From Candidatus Cloacimonadales bacterium (GTDB lineage Bacteria > Cloacimonadota > Cloacimonadia > Cloacimonadales > JAIOQZ01): a stretch of DNA of 64,000 nt. This document shows positions 30,271 to 40,434 of this stretch, piece by piece. The translations under genes were made by a program, and so were the position numbers. The notes beneath the pieces were generated by a model. That model had not been told where the DNA came from and made no database searches. It saw only the letters and a program-made list of their open reading frames with translations. The number at the start of each line of letters is the position of its first letter. Position 1 is the first letter of the stretch. The stretch lies in the NCBI GenBank assembly GCA_963665815.1, contig OY762463.1, forward strand, positions 2,368,001 through 2,432,000, given 5' to 3'.

Positions 30271-31230
30271 ATGAAAAAACTAATATCATTAAGTATCATT
30301 ATTTTTATTGTACTAACTATTATGGGGTGTAAGAACATCTTTGAGAGTTCATCTTCGGAAGATGAGATTTCTTCAGATTACATTGATTTCAGTAACTTGA
30401 AGAAAATTGACATTCCTGACTTTGAAGCAATAGCAGATGAATATAAGAATGGAGAATTCAAATTTATTCATTATGCCAGAAGTGATGAGTCTGCACTAAA
30501 TGAAGACTCTCTTATAATATATCCTGATCATAATCCTCCTGTATTCCATCCAGTTTTCTCAGCGATTGTAATATGTTCAATGCATGCAAGGTACAAAGAT
30601 ACAAATAATGAATGGTATAGAAAAGTAATTCTAAAAAACCTTGATTATTTACTTTCTCGTATGACCGAAGAGTATTATATTGAATATTGCTTTCCAGTCA
30701 ATCATGGTAATAATTTTCTGGGAGAAAAATGGGTTAGTGGATTAGCTCAGGGAGAAATGGTTTCTGCATTCCTCAGAGGTTATTTCCTTACAGATGATGA
30801 AAAATATCTTAATGCTGCACATGGGTTTCTGAAAACATTGATGACAAAACAGGGAGTTGATCAATACTGGTGCACATGTGTTGATAGTAATAATTATTAC
30901 TGGATAGAAGAATATCCAAGTCCGGACAAATGCCATGTTCTGAATGGGATGATGTATGCTCTTTGGGGATCATGGGAATATTACACTATAACAAAAGATG
31001 AGAATGCAAAGCAAATTTTCCAGTCCGGTTTGAAATCAATCCTTGATAACTTTAAAGAATACTGGATTGATCCCACACCTATAAAATCCATGTATTGCAG
31101 GCACTATCTTGCAAGTGAAGAGTATCATGATATGCACATGAGAATCTTTCGCGATTTCTTAGTATATTTTGACCTTCCGGAATTGAAGGAAGCGTTACTC
31201 CTTCTTGAAAACCAACCTGTTTCTGAATAG
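30271..31230 (+). CDS. Lipoprotein with D-glucuronyl C5-epimerase C-terminal-like domain (paralogue 2)
   Basis: Lipobox IMGC; WVSGLAQG, NNYYWIEEYPSPDKCHVLNGMM and YHDMH motifs. Confidence 0.75.
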   Translation: MKKLISLSIIIFIVLTIMGCKNIFESSSSEDEISSDYIDFSNLKKIDIPDFEAIADEYKNGEFKFIHYARSDESALNEDSLIIYPDHNPPVFHPVFSAIVICSMHARYKDTNNEWYRKVILKNLDYLLSRMTEEYYIEYCFPVNHGNNFLGEKWVSGLAQGEMVSAFLRGYFLTDDEKYLNAAHGFLKTLMTKQGVDQYWCTCVDSNNYYWIEEYPSPDKCHVLNGMMYALWGSWEYYTITKDENAKQIFQSGLKSILDNFKEYWIDPTPIKSMYCRHYLASEEYHDMHMRIFRDFLVYFDLPELKEALLLLENQPVSE

Positions 31231-31438
31231 TATTTCAGGATTATCATCCAGTTAACCTGACCAGACAGTCCAGAGATATAGCAGGTATTGCTTTGATAAT
31301 AAATCTTCCCTGAAGAATTTTCTGGATGAAATCATCAATATCGTTGATACTTTTCTTCAAAGCTGTTTGATTTTGCTGTAATGCATAGCTCTAACAGAAA
31401 TTTAATGATAGATGCTGTTATTTAAACGCTGCTGAATA

Positions 31439-31477
31439 TAAAAAAAAGCAGAGGCTCAATCGTCTCTGCTTTTTCTC
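31439..31477. terminator. Bidirectional intrinsic terminator
   Basis: A-tract-GCAGAGGC-tcaatc-GTCTCTGC-T-tract between convergent genes. Confidence 0.8.
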
Positions 31478-31490
31478 TATAAATTTTCTA

Positions 31491-32348
31491 TTAGAATTGA
31501 TATCCTACACTGATATGGTGTGTTCCATTTAGATTACTGTGAGTATTGTAGGCATAGTCAACCAATACGCTTTTTGTATCAATTCCCAGACCAAAGCTGA
31601 GGCTATATGGGTTATTCCTGATTCCTGCTCGTAGAGCAAGAGCATCAAACAACACAACTTCAAGTCCACTGTGAATTTCAGTTTTATCGTACTCGGAACT
31701 GAACTCGGAATTAATCTCTTTTTTCAGTTCTATAGATGTTTTAACTCCATCATATGGTACATAAGTAACACCTATAGCCATTTTTTGAGGAAGTTCTTCG
31801 TGTGATTTACCAATTTCAGGTTTATTCAGATTTGTAATTGCAAAACCAATCTTAGTTCTTTTATAGAGAACACCAAGCATTCCAAGATTTAAGCCAAATG
31901 TTGAAGCATTGGAATTGTTTTTCATATCAAGAGTATACATATTAGCTGTATATCCGAAATAAAGCTCACTGCTGTAGTCTTTGAGCAACTTGAATGAATG
32001 TGCCAGAGTAAACACTTTCTCAGACATGAGGTCTACATCAAGGTATTCCACATCAAAAGCCTGAATAGCAAAACCGGCTTTACCAAACTTGGGTATATCA
32101 TAAGAAAAACTGAAAGTCTTGTTTACCATGAAATTTTCGTTAAAAAGTTTAGTATAACCAAATTTTACCTGATCTTCCGTTAAAACAAGACACGCCGGAT
32201 TATAGAATATTGAAGTTACATCATCTCCGGAAGAATAATAAGCTCCCCCCATTCCACGGGCAGCAACTGATGGAGTATAATCTTTAAAGATTGCATTAAG
32301 ACTGAATATACTGAATACGATTGCGAATATAATTATTAATCTTTTCAT
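31491..32348 (-). CDS. PorV/PorQ-like outer-membrane beta-barrel
   Basis: ARGMGGAY...SIFYNPA, LALRAG, VDYAY and C-terminal aromatic VGYQF. Confidence 0.75.
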   Translation of the reverse strand: MKRLIIIFAIVFSIFSLNAIFKDYTPSVAARGMGGAYYSSGDDVTSIFYNPACLVLTEDQVKFGYTKLFNENFMVNKTFSFSYDIPKFGKAGFAIQAFDVEYLDVDLMSEKVFTLAHSFKLLKDYSSELYFGYTANMYTLDMKNNSNASTFGLNLGMLGVLYKRTKIGFAITNLNKPEIGKSHEELPQKMAIGVTYVPYDGVKTSIELKKEINSEFSSEYDKTEIHSGLEVVLFDALALRAGIRNNPYSLSFGLGIDTKSVLVDYAYNTHSNLNGTHHISVGYQF

Positions 32349-32359
32349 TTCATACTCCT

Positions 32360-35300
32360 TTATAAAGGTCTTCCAATTACAATTGGGACTGTTTCCGTTT
32401 TCTTGTTACCTTTATTCTGGTCTGTTACCTCTAAATGACATATATACAAGCCTATTGGCAGAATCTTCTGATGCGAATACTTTCCATCCCACTCATAGGT
32501 GAAATGTCCGTCAGTTTCAGTTACAACTCTATCAACAAGTGTCTGTATGAATTTACCTTCAGCATTATATATATTAATTATAACCTTACTTCCCTGTTTC
32601 ACGAAGTAATTTATATCAAAAGTTTCGCCATCATAAGGATTGAATGGCTTTGGCTCAACTTTCAAAACTGCTCTGTAAGTAGACACAGGATATACAACAT
32701 CAAGTGCTTCCTCTGAATTCAATGAATATTCTTCACTGGAGAATCCATCGTTGTCAGCTGCATAAATTTTAAAATGAAGTGTGTTACCTGTATTATTACC
32801 TTTAGGTATCAGTGAAACCTCATAATGTGTTGAGTCCACAAAAGGATTACCTGTATTTGAATCAACTTGTTCCATAATAGCAGAATATGTTGAATTATTG
32901 TAATCAATAGTATACTGAAGACTCACATCTTCAATAATTCCGTCGGTATCAAAGACATTACATTCAAATTTAAGAGTATCATTCGGTTCAGGATTATTCA
33001 GAGGTTCTGTTCTTCCGAAATTCCAGACAACAGGTGCTCTATCGGCAACATCAACTATAATTTCGTCAGTTTTGATATAGTTTCCACTTGTATCTACTGC
33101 TGTAATCTGAATAAGATAGTTACCGTAAGTACCAATTGCATCATCGTAAGCAGGAAGAATTGCCTGATAGATGTCTCCACCAATATTGGTGAATAATGTA
33201 TCGGCTACAAATTCCATGTCCACATCAGATCCGTATTCTACGTATATTGAATCAATTTCACCTTCAGGATTTGTGTCAACAGCGTTAATTCTTATTCTAA
33301 TCTGTTCATCTCTGAATGGAACTTTTACAAGAGAAGCTCCATTATAAATCCAGGTATTCATTGCATCAGAGATTATCTGCATGCCTGAAATTTGAGGTTT
33401 ACCGCTTAAAAGATTTATTGTAGTTTTAGTAGAATTCTTTTCGCTGTTATCAACATAGTTAACTTCAATATAGAAATCATAATCATGCAGATCATTATAT
33501 ACAGGATCAAGATTGTAACTTGTCACAGGAGGAATTACTGCAGAGTATATATCAGGATATTCCATTTCCATAGCCTTATTGAGATATTGATTGTGCTCAA
33601 TCGGCTTATAATAAAGTACAACGTCACTGATTTCCGGAATTGTAAGCTTCTGCATCAGTCCGGAAACTTTTGTATCAAGCATAATTGTTATTTCATCATC
33701 AATATAGGCAGGATCCGGATTCCAACTAACTTTATCATCCGAAATTGCATCGAAATCGTAAATATCTTCCGTGTAAGCTGGTGCTATCTGAGATGTTCCA
33801 TTGTAAGATCCGATAATTCCTGCAAAGCCAACATAATGTCCCGGCTTTATAAAATCAGTATTAATATTGGCAGAGTCCCAGACTCTCATTGTAATATCAT
33901 TTCCTGAGTTATCTGCAACTGTGATATTGGCACCACCACCGGCATATCCAACCTCAGTAATTCTACCATTCATTAATACAAGAGTTCCTTCATAGGCTAA
34001 GTAGTCTGCTGCCTGTTCAAAATTGATAGTTTCTATAATGTGATCAAAAGGCTGATTTTCAGCTATGATCTGGTAGCTGCTTTCCCAATCCGTAATTTCT
34101 GTTGTTCCATTATACTCATCAACAGTACCGGTAACCTTCACTTTGTTTCCTCTGGCAAAATCAGTATATAGTTGAGGAGTTATATCATCTCCGTAAAGCT
34201 GAATACCTCTGCCGGATCCATCCTGAATATAAATGTTTATTTTGTCTGTTCTGAGAACACCAACTTCAACTGTCACCGTTCCCATGACTGTAACATTTCT
34301 GCCAAGCCAATAGTCTGTATCAGACTGAATATCGTAGATTGGAGTAACTGTAGGATCTGTATCGGAAATTTCAACTATTGCTTCTGCAAAGTTAGTTATC
34401 TCAATTGTTTCATTAACAACAAAAGAAGTGACAACAAGTGTATCTGTTCCAAGGCTTCTTGCCATGAAGTTAAGATCAATCAATGAACCTGCACCTGTAA
34501 AGATTTCAGGACTGTCATAAACAATATCTATAGTATGAGTTTCTTCATTAACTGTCAGATAACGGGAATCGTAGAAGACTGCACTTTCAGTATTCCAGTT
34601 GTATAACCTCAAAATATTACTGTCATAAGCAAGGCTTAACTCAATCTTACTGACATTCCATAAATCAAGAATTTCCGGAACTACAATACTTGCAGAAACG
34701 ATATCATTGATCATTCCGTCAGAAGCTTCAATAACAACAATCAGATCATTGATATCTGTTGATCTGATTACATCTGACTGACCTCTTGGATTAATTCCGA
34801 AATAGTCATAGCTGAAATCTACAATACCTCTGATAATAGCAAAGTTATCTCCTGTATTAATTGGAGATGGCAGGAATCCAAAACTGTCATCAATCTGACA
34901 TTCATCGGAAGCATTCCCGTCGGTAACATACCATTCGTTGTGATTATCAGGTGCTTGAGTTACAGTAACATCCCTGATTTCAACGAGAACAGATTCCCAT
35001 TGCTCTTCATTTGCTGCCTGGGCTGTTGTTATAACCGTTGGGGCAGGAAGTGCATTTCCGGTACTGATAAGCTGATATGAAGATATTGATGTCAACTCGG
35101 TAAAGCCGTAATATTCATCAATAGTACCTTTAACTCTAACTAAATCACCAACATTGGGATCATTTGTAAAGTCATATACATAGAGACCACTCCAGGCTCC
35201 GCCTTGAGGATCAGAGATAAAATACTTGTTTGTACTGTATCCGTATCCAGTTACAATTCCTTCAACTTCAACAACATCTCCGTCAAAGGAAGAAGGTCCG

Positions 35301-35410
35301 TCATTACTTGTATCTTCGGTATACTGAATATCATGAATAGTTTCCAATGCTGCCAGATTAACAATTGAAAGCATTGTAATTAACATGAGTATCAGGGCAA
35401 ATTTTTTCAT
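32360..35410 (-). CDS. Large secreted protein: OB-fold repeats, cohesin-like domain, Ig-like repeats and FlgD-Ig tail
   Basis: TIHDIQY..VEVEGIVTG and G..V.V.GT.DEY.G.TE OB repeats; LAYDSNIL..GSLIDLNF cohesin pattern; PKPFNP..IYNAEG..WDG..GLYI tail. Confidence 0.72.
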   Translation of the reverse strand: MKKFALILMLITMLSIVNLAALETIHDIQYTEDTSNDGPSSFDGDVVEVEGIVTGYGYSTNKYFISDPQGGAWSGLYVYDFTNDPNVGDLVRVKGTIDEYYGFTELTSISSYQLISTGNALPAPTVITTAQAANEEQWESVLVEIRDVTVTQAPDNHNEWYVTDGNASDECQIDDSFGFLPSPINTGDNFAIIRGIVDFSYDYFGINPRGQSDVIRSTDINDLIVVIEASDGMINDIVSASIVVPEILDLWNVSKIELSLAYDSNILRLYNWNTESAVFYDSRYLTVNEETHTIDIVYDSPEIFTGAGSLIDLNFMARSLGTDTLVVTSFVVNETIEITNFAEAIVEISDTDPTVTPIYDIQSDTDYWLGRNVTVMGTVTVEVGVLRTDKINIYIQDGSGRGIQLYGDDITPQLYTDFARGNKVKVTGTVDEYNGTTEITDWESSYQIIAENQPFDHIIETINFEQAADYLAYEGTLVLMNGRITEVGYAGGGANITVADNSGNDITMRVWDSANINTDFIKPGHYVGFAGIIGSYNGTSQIAPAYTEDIYDFDAISDDKVSWNPDPAYIDDEITIMLDTKVSGLMQKLTIPEISDVVLYYKPIEHNQYLNKAMEMEYPDIYSAVIPPVTSYNLDPVYNDLHDYDFYIEVNYVDNSEKNSTKTTINLLSGKPQISGMQIISDAMNTWIYNGASLVKVPFRDEQIRIRINAVDTNPEGEIDSIYVEYGSDVDMEFVADTLFTNIGGDIYQAILPAYDDAIGTYGNYLIQITAVDTSGNYIKTDEIIVDVADRAPVVWNFGRTEPLNNPEPNDTLKFECNVFDTDGIIEDVSLQYTIDYNNSTYSAIMEQVDSNTGNPFVDSTHYEVSLIPKGNNTGNTLHFKIYAADNDGFSSEEYSLNSEEALDVVYPVSTYRAVLKVEPKPFNPYDGETFDINYFVKQGSKVIINIYNAEGKFIQTLVDRVVTETDGHFTYEWDGKYSHQKILPIGLYICHLEVTDQNKGNKKTETVPIVIGRPL

Positions 35411-35922
35411 TCATCCTCCACGATGGGATTTTCTTTATTAATTTTTTTCTCGTAAAATAATATATAAATAATATACAAACCTATTGCTACGCATATCGCA
35501 CTGTCTGCAACATTAAAAATTGGCCATCTTTCCATCAGAAAATCAGGAAAATCAAAATCCAGAAAATCTGTAACCGAGCCAAGATATATTCTATCAATAA
35601 GATTACCTACAGCTCCGGCAATAATCAATGAAAAACTGACAGTCTGCAGTTTATGTTCTGATTTAATAATAAGCCATACCAGTATTCCTATAACAACAAA
35701 ACTGATAACTGAGAATATAATTCTATTCAGAAAAGGTGACCCCAGAGTAAAACTGAATGCAGCTCCGGGATTCTGTGTATGAGTAATACGGAAAAAGTCT
35801 CCGATTACCGGGATAGAATGGAAATGAGTCTTGTTTTCAAAGAAAAATCTGACATAAATCTTTGAAACTTGATCCAGCACAATGATAACAAAAGAGAGTA
35901 TCAGATATTTTAAGTTCTTCAT
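35407..35922 (-). CDS. lspA: Lipoprotein signal peptidase II
   Basis: DQVSK, NPGAAFS, GNLIDR, VTDFL and FNVAD motifs. Confidence 0.96.
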   Translation of the reverse strand: MKNLKYLILSFVIIVLDQVSKIYVRFFFENKTHFHSIPVIGDFFRITHTQNPGAAFSFTLGSPFLNRIIFSVISFVVIGILVWLIIKSEHKLQTVSFSLIIAGAVGNLIDRIYLGSVTDFLDFDFPDFLMERWPIFNVADSAICVAIGLYIIYILFYEKKINKENPIVEDE

Positions 35923-36314
35923 CTTCTTCTTTTCTTTTTTTCTTCTGAAGATTTACATTCAATACAATACTTTGCATAAGGAAGGATCTTTAATCGAGGT
36001 TCGGGAATATAAGTTCCACAAATTTCGCAAATTCCATATGTTTTATCAAATACTCGTTTCAATGCCAAATTGAGAGCTTTGAGTTTTTCCTGTTCTCTTT
36101 CTAACAGATATGCTTCTTTCTCTCTATTATCGGTTTCAGTTCCCTGATCAGCCTGATGCAGAGAAAAAGATGAGTGATCACCGGAACTTTCTTTAGAAGA
36201 TTTTTTCTGATAATCATAAATCTGATTAATAATATCCAATGTTTCTTTCTTCTCGTTTTGAAGAACCTGCTCATATTCTTTCAGCTTTTCCGATGGTAGG
36301 CTTTTCATTGACAT
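35919..36314 (-). CDS. TraR/DksA-family C4 zinc-finger protein
   Basis: HQADQGTE tip; YGICEICG..I...RL...PYAKYCIEC. Confidence 0.88.
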   Translation of the reverse strand: MSMKSLPSEKLKEYEQVLQNEKKETLDIINQIYDYQKKSSKESSGDHSSFSLHQADQGTETDNREKEAYLLEREQEKLKALNLALKRVFDKTYGICEICGTYIPEPRLKILPYAKYCIECKSSEEKKKRRR

Positions 36315-37141
36315 TTTTCATCCTCCAGATGTAGTCTATATAAGAATTCCTTTATGATGGTTAAAAGGTTTTTCTGTGCTATTCCTGCATTTTTTCTTAT
36401 CTCTTCCTGTGAATGTGAGGAAGAATGGAATATATTCCCGTAATTTGTTACGGATGAAATGCCAAGAACATTAATTCCGGAATGAACAGCTACTATTGTT
36501 TCCGGAACTGTTGACATTCCGACAAGATCAGCCCCCAGTCTCTGAAACATGATACATTCAGCTCTTGTTTCAAGGGATGGTCCAGTTACAGCAGCGTAAG
36601 TTCCATTAAAAACTTCTATTGAATGCTCAGCGGCTATTGAGTTAGCAAGTTCCACAAAATGTCTGTTGTATGGTTCATGCAGACTTGGAAATCTTTCGCC
36701 GAACTCATCCATGTTTTTCCCAATTAAAGGATTTGTTCCCATAAAATTTATATGATCATTCAGGACTACGAGAGAGCCCGGATACATTTTTTCATTAAGA
36801 CTTCCTGATGCATTAGTTACAATCAGGTTTTTAACTCCAAGTTGTTTGAATACTCTTATCGGATAAGTAATCTGCTCCATTGTGTAGCCTTCATAATAAT
36901 GCAGACGTCCCTGCATTACGACTACAGGATGATTGGAAATATAACCGAAGACAAGTCTTCCTTTATGAGATGGAGCCGTAGATACTGAAAATCCCGGTAT
37001 CTCAGAATAAGGTACTATTATCGGATTTTCAACGCTGTCTGCAAGTTCACTCAATCCTGTTCCGAGAATTATGGCAGTTTCAGGAGTAAATGAAATCTTA
37101 GTCTTTAAAAAGTGGTTCGTGTTCTTCAAATTGCAAATCAT
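36305..37141 (-). CDS. punA: Purine-nucleoside phosphorylase (family 2)
   Basis: ILGTGL, QGRLHYYEG, TNASG, GPSLET.AE and VGMSTVPE; start estimated at ATG 37141. Confidence 0.92.
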   Translation of the reverse strand: MICNLKNTNHFLKTKISFTPETAIILGTGLSELADSVENPIIVPYSEIPGFSVSTAPSHKGRLVFGYISNHPVVVMQGRLHYYEGYTMEQITYPIRVFKQLGVKNLIVTNASGSLNEKMYPGSLVVLNDHINFMGTNPLIGKNMDEFGERFPSLHEPYNRHFVELANSIAAEHSIEVFNGTYAAVTGPSLETRAECIMFQRLGADLVGMSTVPETIVAVHSGINVLGISSVTNYGNIFHSSSHSQEEIRKNAGIAQKNLLTIIKEFLYRLHLEDEKCQ

Positions 37142-38120
37142 CTTCAAAATCTTCTTCGTTTTTATTTTTATTCTGATCATTTGATTCAGGTTCAGACTGA
37201 GTTTTTTCTTCTTCCTGATCTTCATGTTCATTTATTAATGATTCTGAGTTGTTCAATGTTTCATCTATCGCATTGCTCAATTCTTCTGTCAGAGAATCAT
37301 CGAAACTTTTTTCAGCTTTTTTGTCAGAAATACCAAAAATTGCTTCCAGGCTTATATCCTCTTCCTCTTCTTCCTGAGGAGTCTCATACTGTTCCTGTGT
37401 TTCTTCCTGAACTTCATCATCATCAAATTGTAAATTACTGTTTATCTCAGATTGCTCAGTATTAGTTGTTTCTTGAGTTTCCTCTTCCTGTAGAGATTCA
37501 GTTTTTTCTGTTTCAGTCAGTTCGTTTTTGAGGTTTCTAACTTCATTTATCAGATTTCTGTTAAGTTTTTCTTTCTCAACTTTCATTTCTCTGTCTTTAT
37601 CAAAAACAGGATCCTGTTCGATCTTTTCGAGCCATTCAATAAGTTCAGCTCTGAAATTCATCAGGAAATCTTTCTTGCGATCTTTAAGATCAGTAAGTTC
37701 GGATTCCATAGTATTTTGATAATCAGTCGCCTCTCTAAGCAGAACTTCTACTTTCTGTTCAGCTTCACTGATTATTGCAGCAGCCTGTTGTTTTGCTTCG
37801 GAAATAATTTTCATTTTCATTTCCTCAGCCATTACAAGTGTTCTTCCGATTAAGTCTTCGGAAGCAGCTACCTGAGGTTTAGGTGGAGGTGTAGGTTCTG
37901 GTTGGGCTTGCACAGGTTTTTCCTGAACAACAGGTTCTTCTCTAATTACCTCTTGCACATTTGTATCGTCAAAGAGCTTTGCCCCGCTCAATTGGATATC
38001 TTCCAGTTGATTGGAGATCAAATTCAGAAATTCACGCACTTCTTCTTTTTTGTAACCTGCCAGTGCAGTTGAAAATTCTTTGTGTCGAATATCAACAGGT
38101 GTTAAAGCCAGATCTTCCAT
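37098..38120 (-). CDS. divIVA: DivIVA-domain protein with long acidic C-terminal tail
   Basis: LTPVDIRHKEFSTALAGYKKEEVREFL followed by coiled coil. Confidence 0.85.
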   Translation of the reverse strand: MEDLALTPVDIRHKEFSTALAGYKKEEVREFLNLISNQLEDIQLSGAKLFDDTNVQEVIREEPVVQEKPVQAQPEPTPPPKPQVAASEDLIGRTLVMAEEMKMKIISEAKQQAAAIISEAEQKVEVLLREATDYQNTMESELTDLKDRKKDFLMNFRAELIEWLEKIEQDPVFDKDREMKVEKEKLNRNLINEVRNLKNELTETEKTESLQEEETQETTNTEQSEINSNLQFDDDEVQEETQEQYETPQEEEEEDISLEAIFGISDKKAEKSFDDSLTEELSNAIDETLNNSESLINEHEDQEEEKTQSEPESNDQNKNKNEEDFEDDLQFEEHEPLFKD

Positions 38121-38138
38121 ATTACCTCCTGTATAACT

Positions 38139-38402
38139 TTAAAAACCATAGAACAAAATTATAATCAATTTTCTAATACCTTGTATCAATAATACTGCTA
38201 TAATAATTGAAAAATCAATTGGTGATCCCGGCAGCAGTTTATGTGTAATACCTCTTATTCTTGAAAGCACAGGCTCTGTAAGATTCAGCAATATCTGATA
38301 AAGAGGATTATAAGGACTGGGAGAAAACCAGGATATCAATGCCCTGATAATCAGAATCAGAATATACAGATCAAGAAGCCTGAAAATAAAAGCAACCAAC
38401 AT
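38139..38402 (-). CDS. yggT: YggT-family membrane protein
   Basis: ISWF..PYNP....L..LTEPVL..IR....IDFS. Confidence 0.9.
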   Translation of the reverse strand: MLVAFIFRLLDLYILILIIRALISWFSPSPYNPLYQILLNLTEPVLSRIRGITHKLLPGSPIDFSIIIAVLLIQGIRKLIIILFYGF

Positions 38403-38962
38403 TAATCCAATACCTCATGACAAATTCTGCATCGGGCTTCATATATATCGCCAGAACCAACAACTATTTTTTTATCATCATGGCTCAGTCTCTGAGTTCT
38501 GTTTGCAGGATTGCCACAGACAACACAGATTGCCGATACTTTTGTAATATATTCTGCAATTGCCAGTAAATGAGGAACAGGCTCAAAAGGTTCTCCACGA
38601 AAATCCTGATCCAGACCGGCTACTATTACTCTTTTACCATCATCAGCAAGTTTGTTACAAGCATCAATAATACCTTTATCAAAAAACTGCACTTCATCTA
38701 TTGCTACAACTTCAGTATCTGCTTCAACCATGGACATTATTTCTTCAGAAGTATTAACGGCAGCAGACTGAATCTTCATGCTGCTATGAGAAACAACATA
38801 TTCCGTTTCATATCTGTCATCTATCTCAGGTTTGAAAACCTGAATTTTCTGTTTAGCATATTGAGCTCTGCGAACTCTTCTGATAAGCTCCTCTGTTTTA
38901 CCGCTGAACATGCTTCCGCATATTACTTCTATCCAGCCGCTATTACGTTGAATTACGTTCAT
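38402..38962 (-). CDS. tdk: Thymidine kinase
   Basis: [30 protein letters not shown] and YEARCR motifs. Confidence 0.97.
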   Translation of the reverse strand: MNVIQRNSGWIEVICGSMFSGKTEELIRRVRRAQYAKQKIQVFKPEIDDRYETEYVVSHSSMKIQSAAVNTSEEIMSMVEADTEVVAIDEVQFFDKGIIDACNKLADDGKRVIVAGLDQDFRGEPFEPVPHLLAIAEYITKVSAICVVCGNPANRTQRLSHDDKKIVVGSGDIYEARCRICHEVLD

Positions 38963-39067
38963 GTAACCTCATTTCGATATATAAATTTACATTCTTCCAG
39001 TGTCTGTCATATATCCTCTGCATGTGTATATATGTCAATATTTTTTCAATACATACATGCACTGCTT

Positions 39068-40018
39068 TTATTCCGAGATTACTGTTTCCTCAAACTTATC
39101 CATATTTTCAGCAATCCATTTTTCTGCTGAGAATGCTGCAATTGCGCCTTCACTCGAAGCTGTTACTACCTGACGCAAAACTTTATGCACAATATCACCT
39201 GCCGCATATACTCCCGGGATGTTTGTATGCATTTCTTCATCTGTGAGAATAAATCCTTGTTCATCCAACTCTACCCTGGATTCTACAAGCTGATTGTTCG
39301 GAATAATACCAACATAAACAAACACACCATCAACAGGAAGTGTTGAAATCTGCTCTGTTTTTCGATTGTACAGCTCTATCTGCTGAACAAAATCTTCTCC
39401 CTGAATCTCCTGCACAACAGTATCCCATATAAACTCAATCTTAGGATTTTTAAATGCTCTTTTCTGCACTGCATGAACAGCTCTGAGTTTATCTCTTCTA
39501 TGAATTATATATACTTTTTCAGCGAATCTGGTAAGGAACATTCCTTCTTCAACAGCAGAATCTCCACCACCTATAACGGCTACGGTTTTCCCTCTGTACA
39601 ATGCTCCGTCACAGGTTGCACAATATGATACTCCACGACCTGTCAGCTTTTCTTCACCGGGGACAGCCAGTTTTCTCGGATGAGCTCCCGCAGCGAATAT
39701 TACAGACTTAACTCTGTATTTTGCTTTATCTGTCTCTATAATTTTACAGAGACCTTCAATACCTATGGCAGTAACATCTTCCTGTAAAATTTCAGCATTA
39801 AATTTCTCTGCCTGAGTTTTCATTTTATCTGCTATCTCAAATCCAGAAATACTGTTTTCAAATCCAGGATAGTTCTCAACTTCAGTTGTTAGAACAATCT
39901 GACCACCAATAAGGCCTTTTTCAAAAACAATTGTACTTAATCCACCACGAGCAGCATAAACAGCAGCACTTAATCCTGCCGGTCCCGCTCCGATAATAGC
40001 TATATCATATTTGTTCAT
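39068..40018 (-). CDS. trxB: Thioredoxin-disulfide reductase
   Basis: GAGPAG, SYCATCDG and GGGDSAVEE motifs. Confidence 0.97.
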   Translation of the reverse strand: MNKYDIAIIGAGPAGLSAAVYAARGGLSTIVFEKGLIGGQIVLTTEVENYPGFENSISGFEIADKMKTQAEKFNAEILQEDVTAIGIEGLCKIIETDKAKYRVKSVIFAAGAHPRKLAVPGEEKLTGRGVSYCATCDGALYRGKTVAVIGGGDSAVEEGMFLTRFAEKVYIIHRRDKLRAVHAVQKRAFKNPKIEFIWDTVVQEIQGEDFVQQIELYNRKTEQISTLPVDGVFVYVGIIPNNQLVESRVELDEQGFILTDEEMHTNIPGVYAAGDIVHKVLRQVVTASSEGAIAAFSAEKWIAENMDKFEETVISE

Positions 40019-40030
40019 TTATCCTCCAAT

Positions 40031-40420
40031 TTAAGAAAGTTTGAATGATTCCGGTAGTAATTTTTTAATATTGGATTTTACTACTTTATTTTGATTTGCA
40101 TAAATTATAGTCATATCATCACTGAATTCTGCGATTACCTGTCTGCATGCTCCACAGGGAGGAAAAAGAGTGTCTGACTGTACGTAAACGGCAAGACTTT
40201 CGAACTCCTTTTCTCCTTCCGAAACAGCTTTGAATATGGCTGTTCTTTCAGCACAATTAGTAAGAGAATAAGATGCGTTTTCAACATTACATCCAGTGTA
40301 TATTTTTCCGGCTGCAGTTTGCAATGCAGCACCGACTTTATACCCGGAATAAACAGCATAAGCATTTTCGGAAGCTTTTCTTGCCAGATCTACTAACTCT
40401 TTTTCTTTCTTATCAAGCAT
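40031..40420 (-). CDS. cdd: Cytidine deaminase
   Basis: GCNVENASY, CAERTA and PCGACRQ motifs. Confidence 0.97.
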   Translation of the reverse strand: MLDKKEKELVDLARKASENAYAVYSGYKVGAALQTAAGKIYTGCNVENASYSLTNCAERTAIFKAVSEGEKEFESLAVYVQSDTLFPPCGACRQVIAEFSDDMTIIYANQNKVVKSNIKKLLPESFKLS

Positions 40421-40434
40421 AATTACCTCATTTT

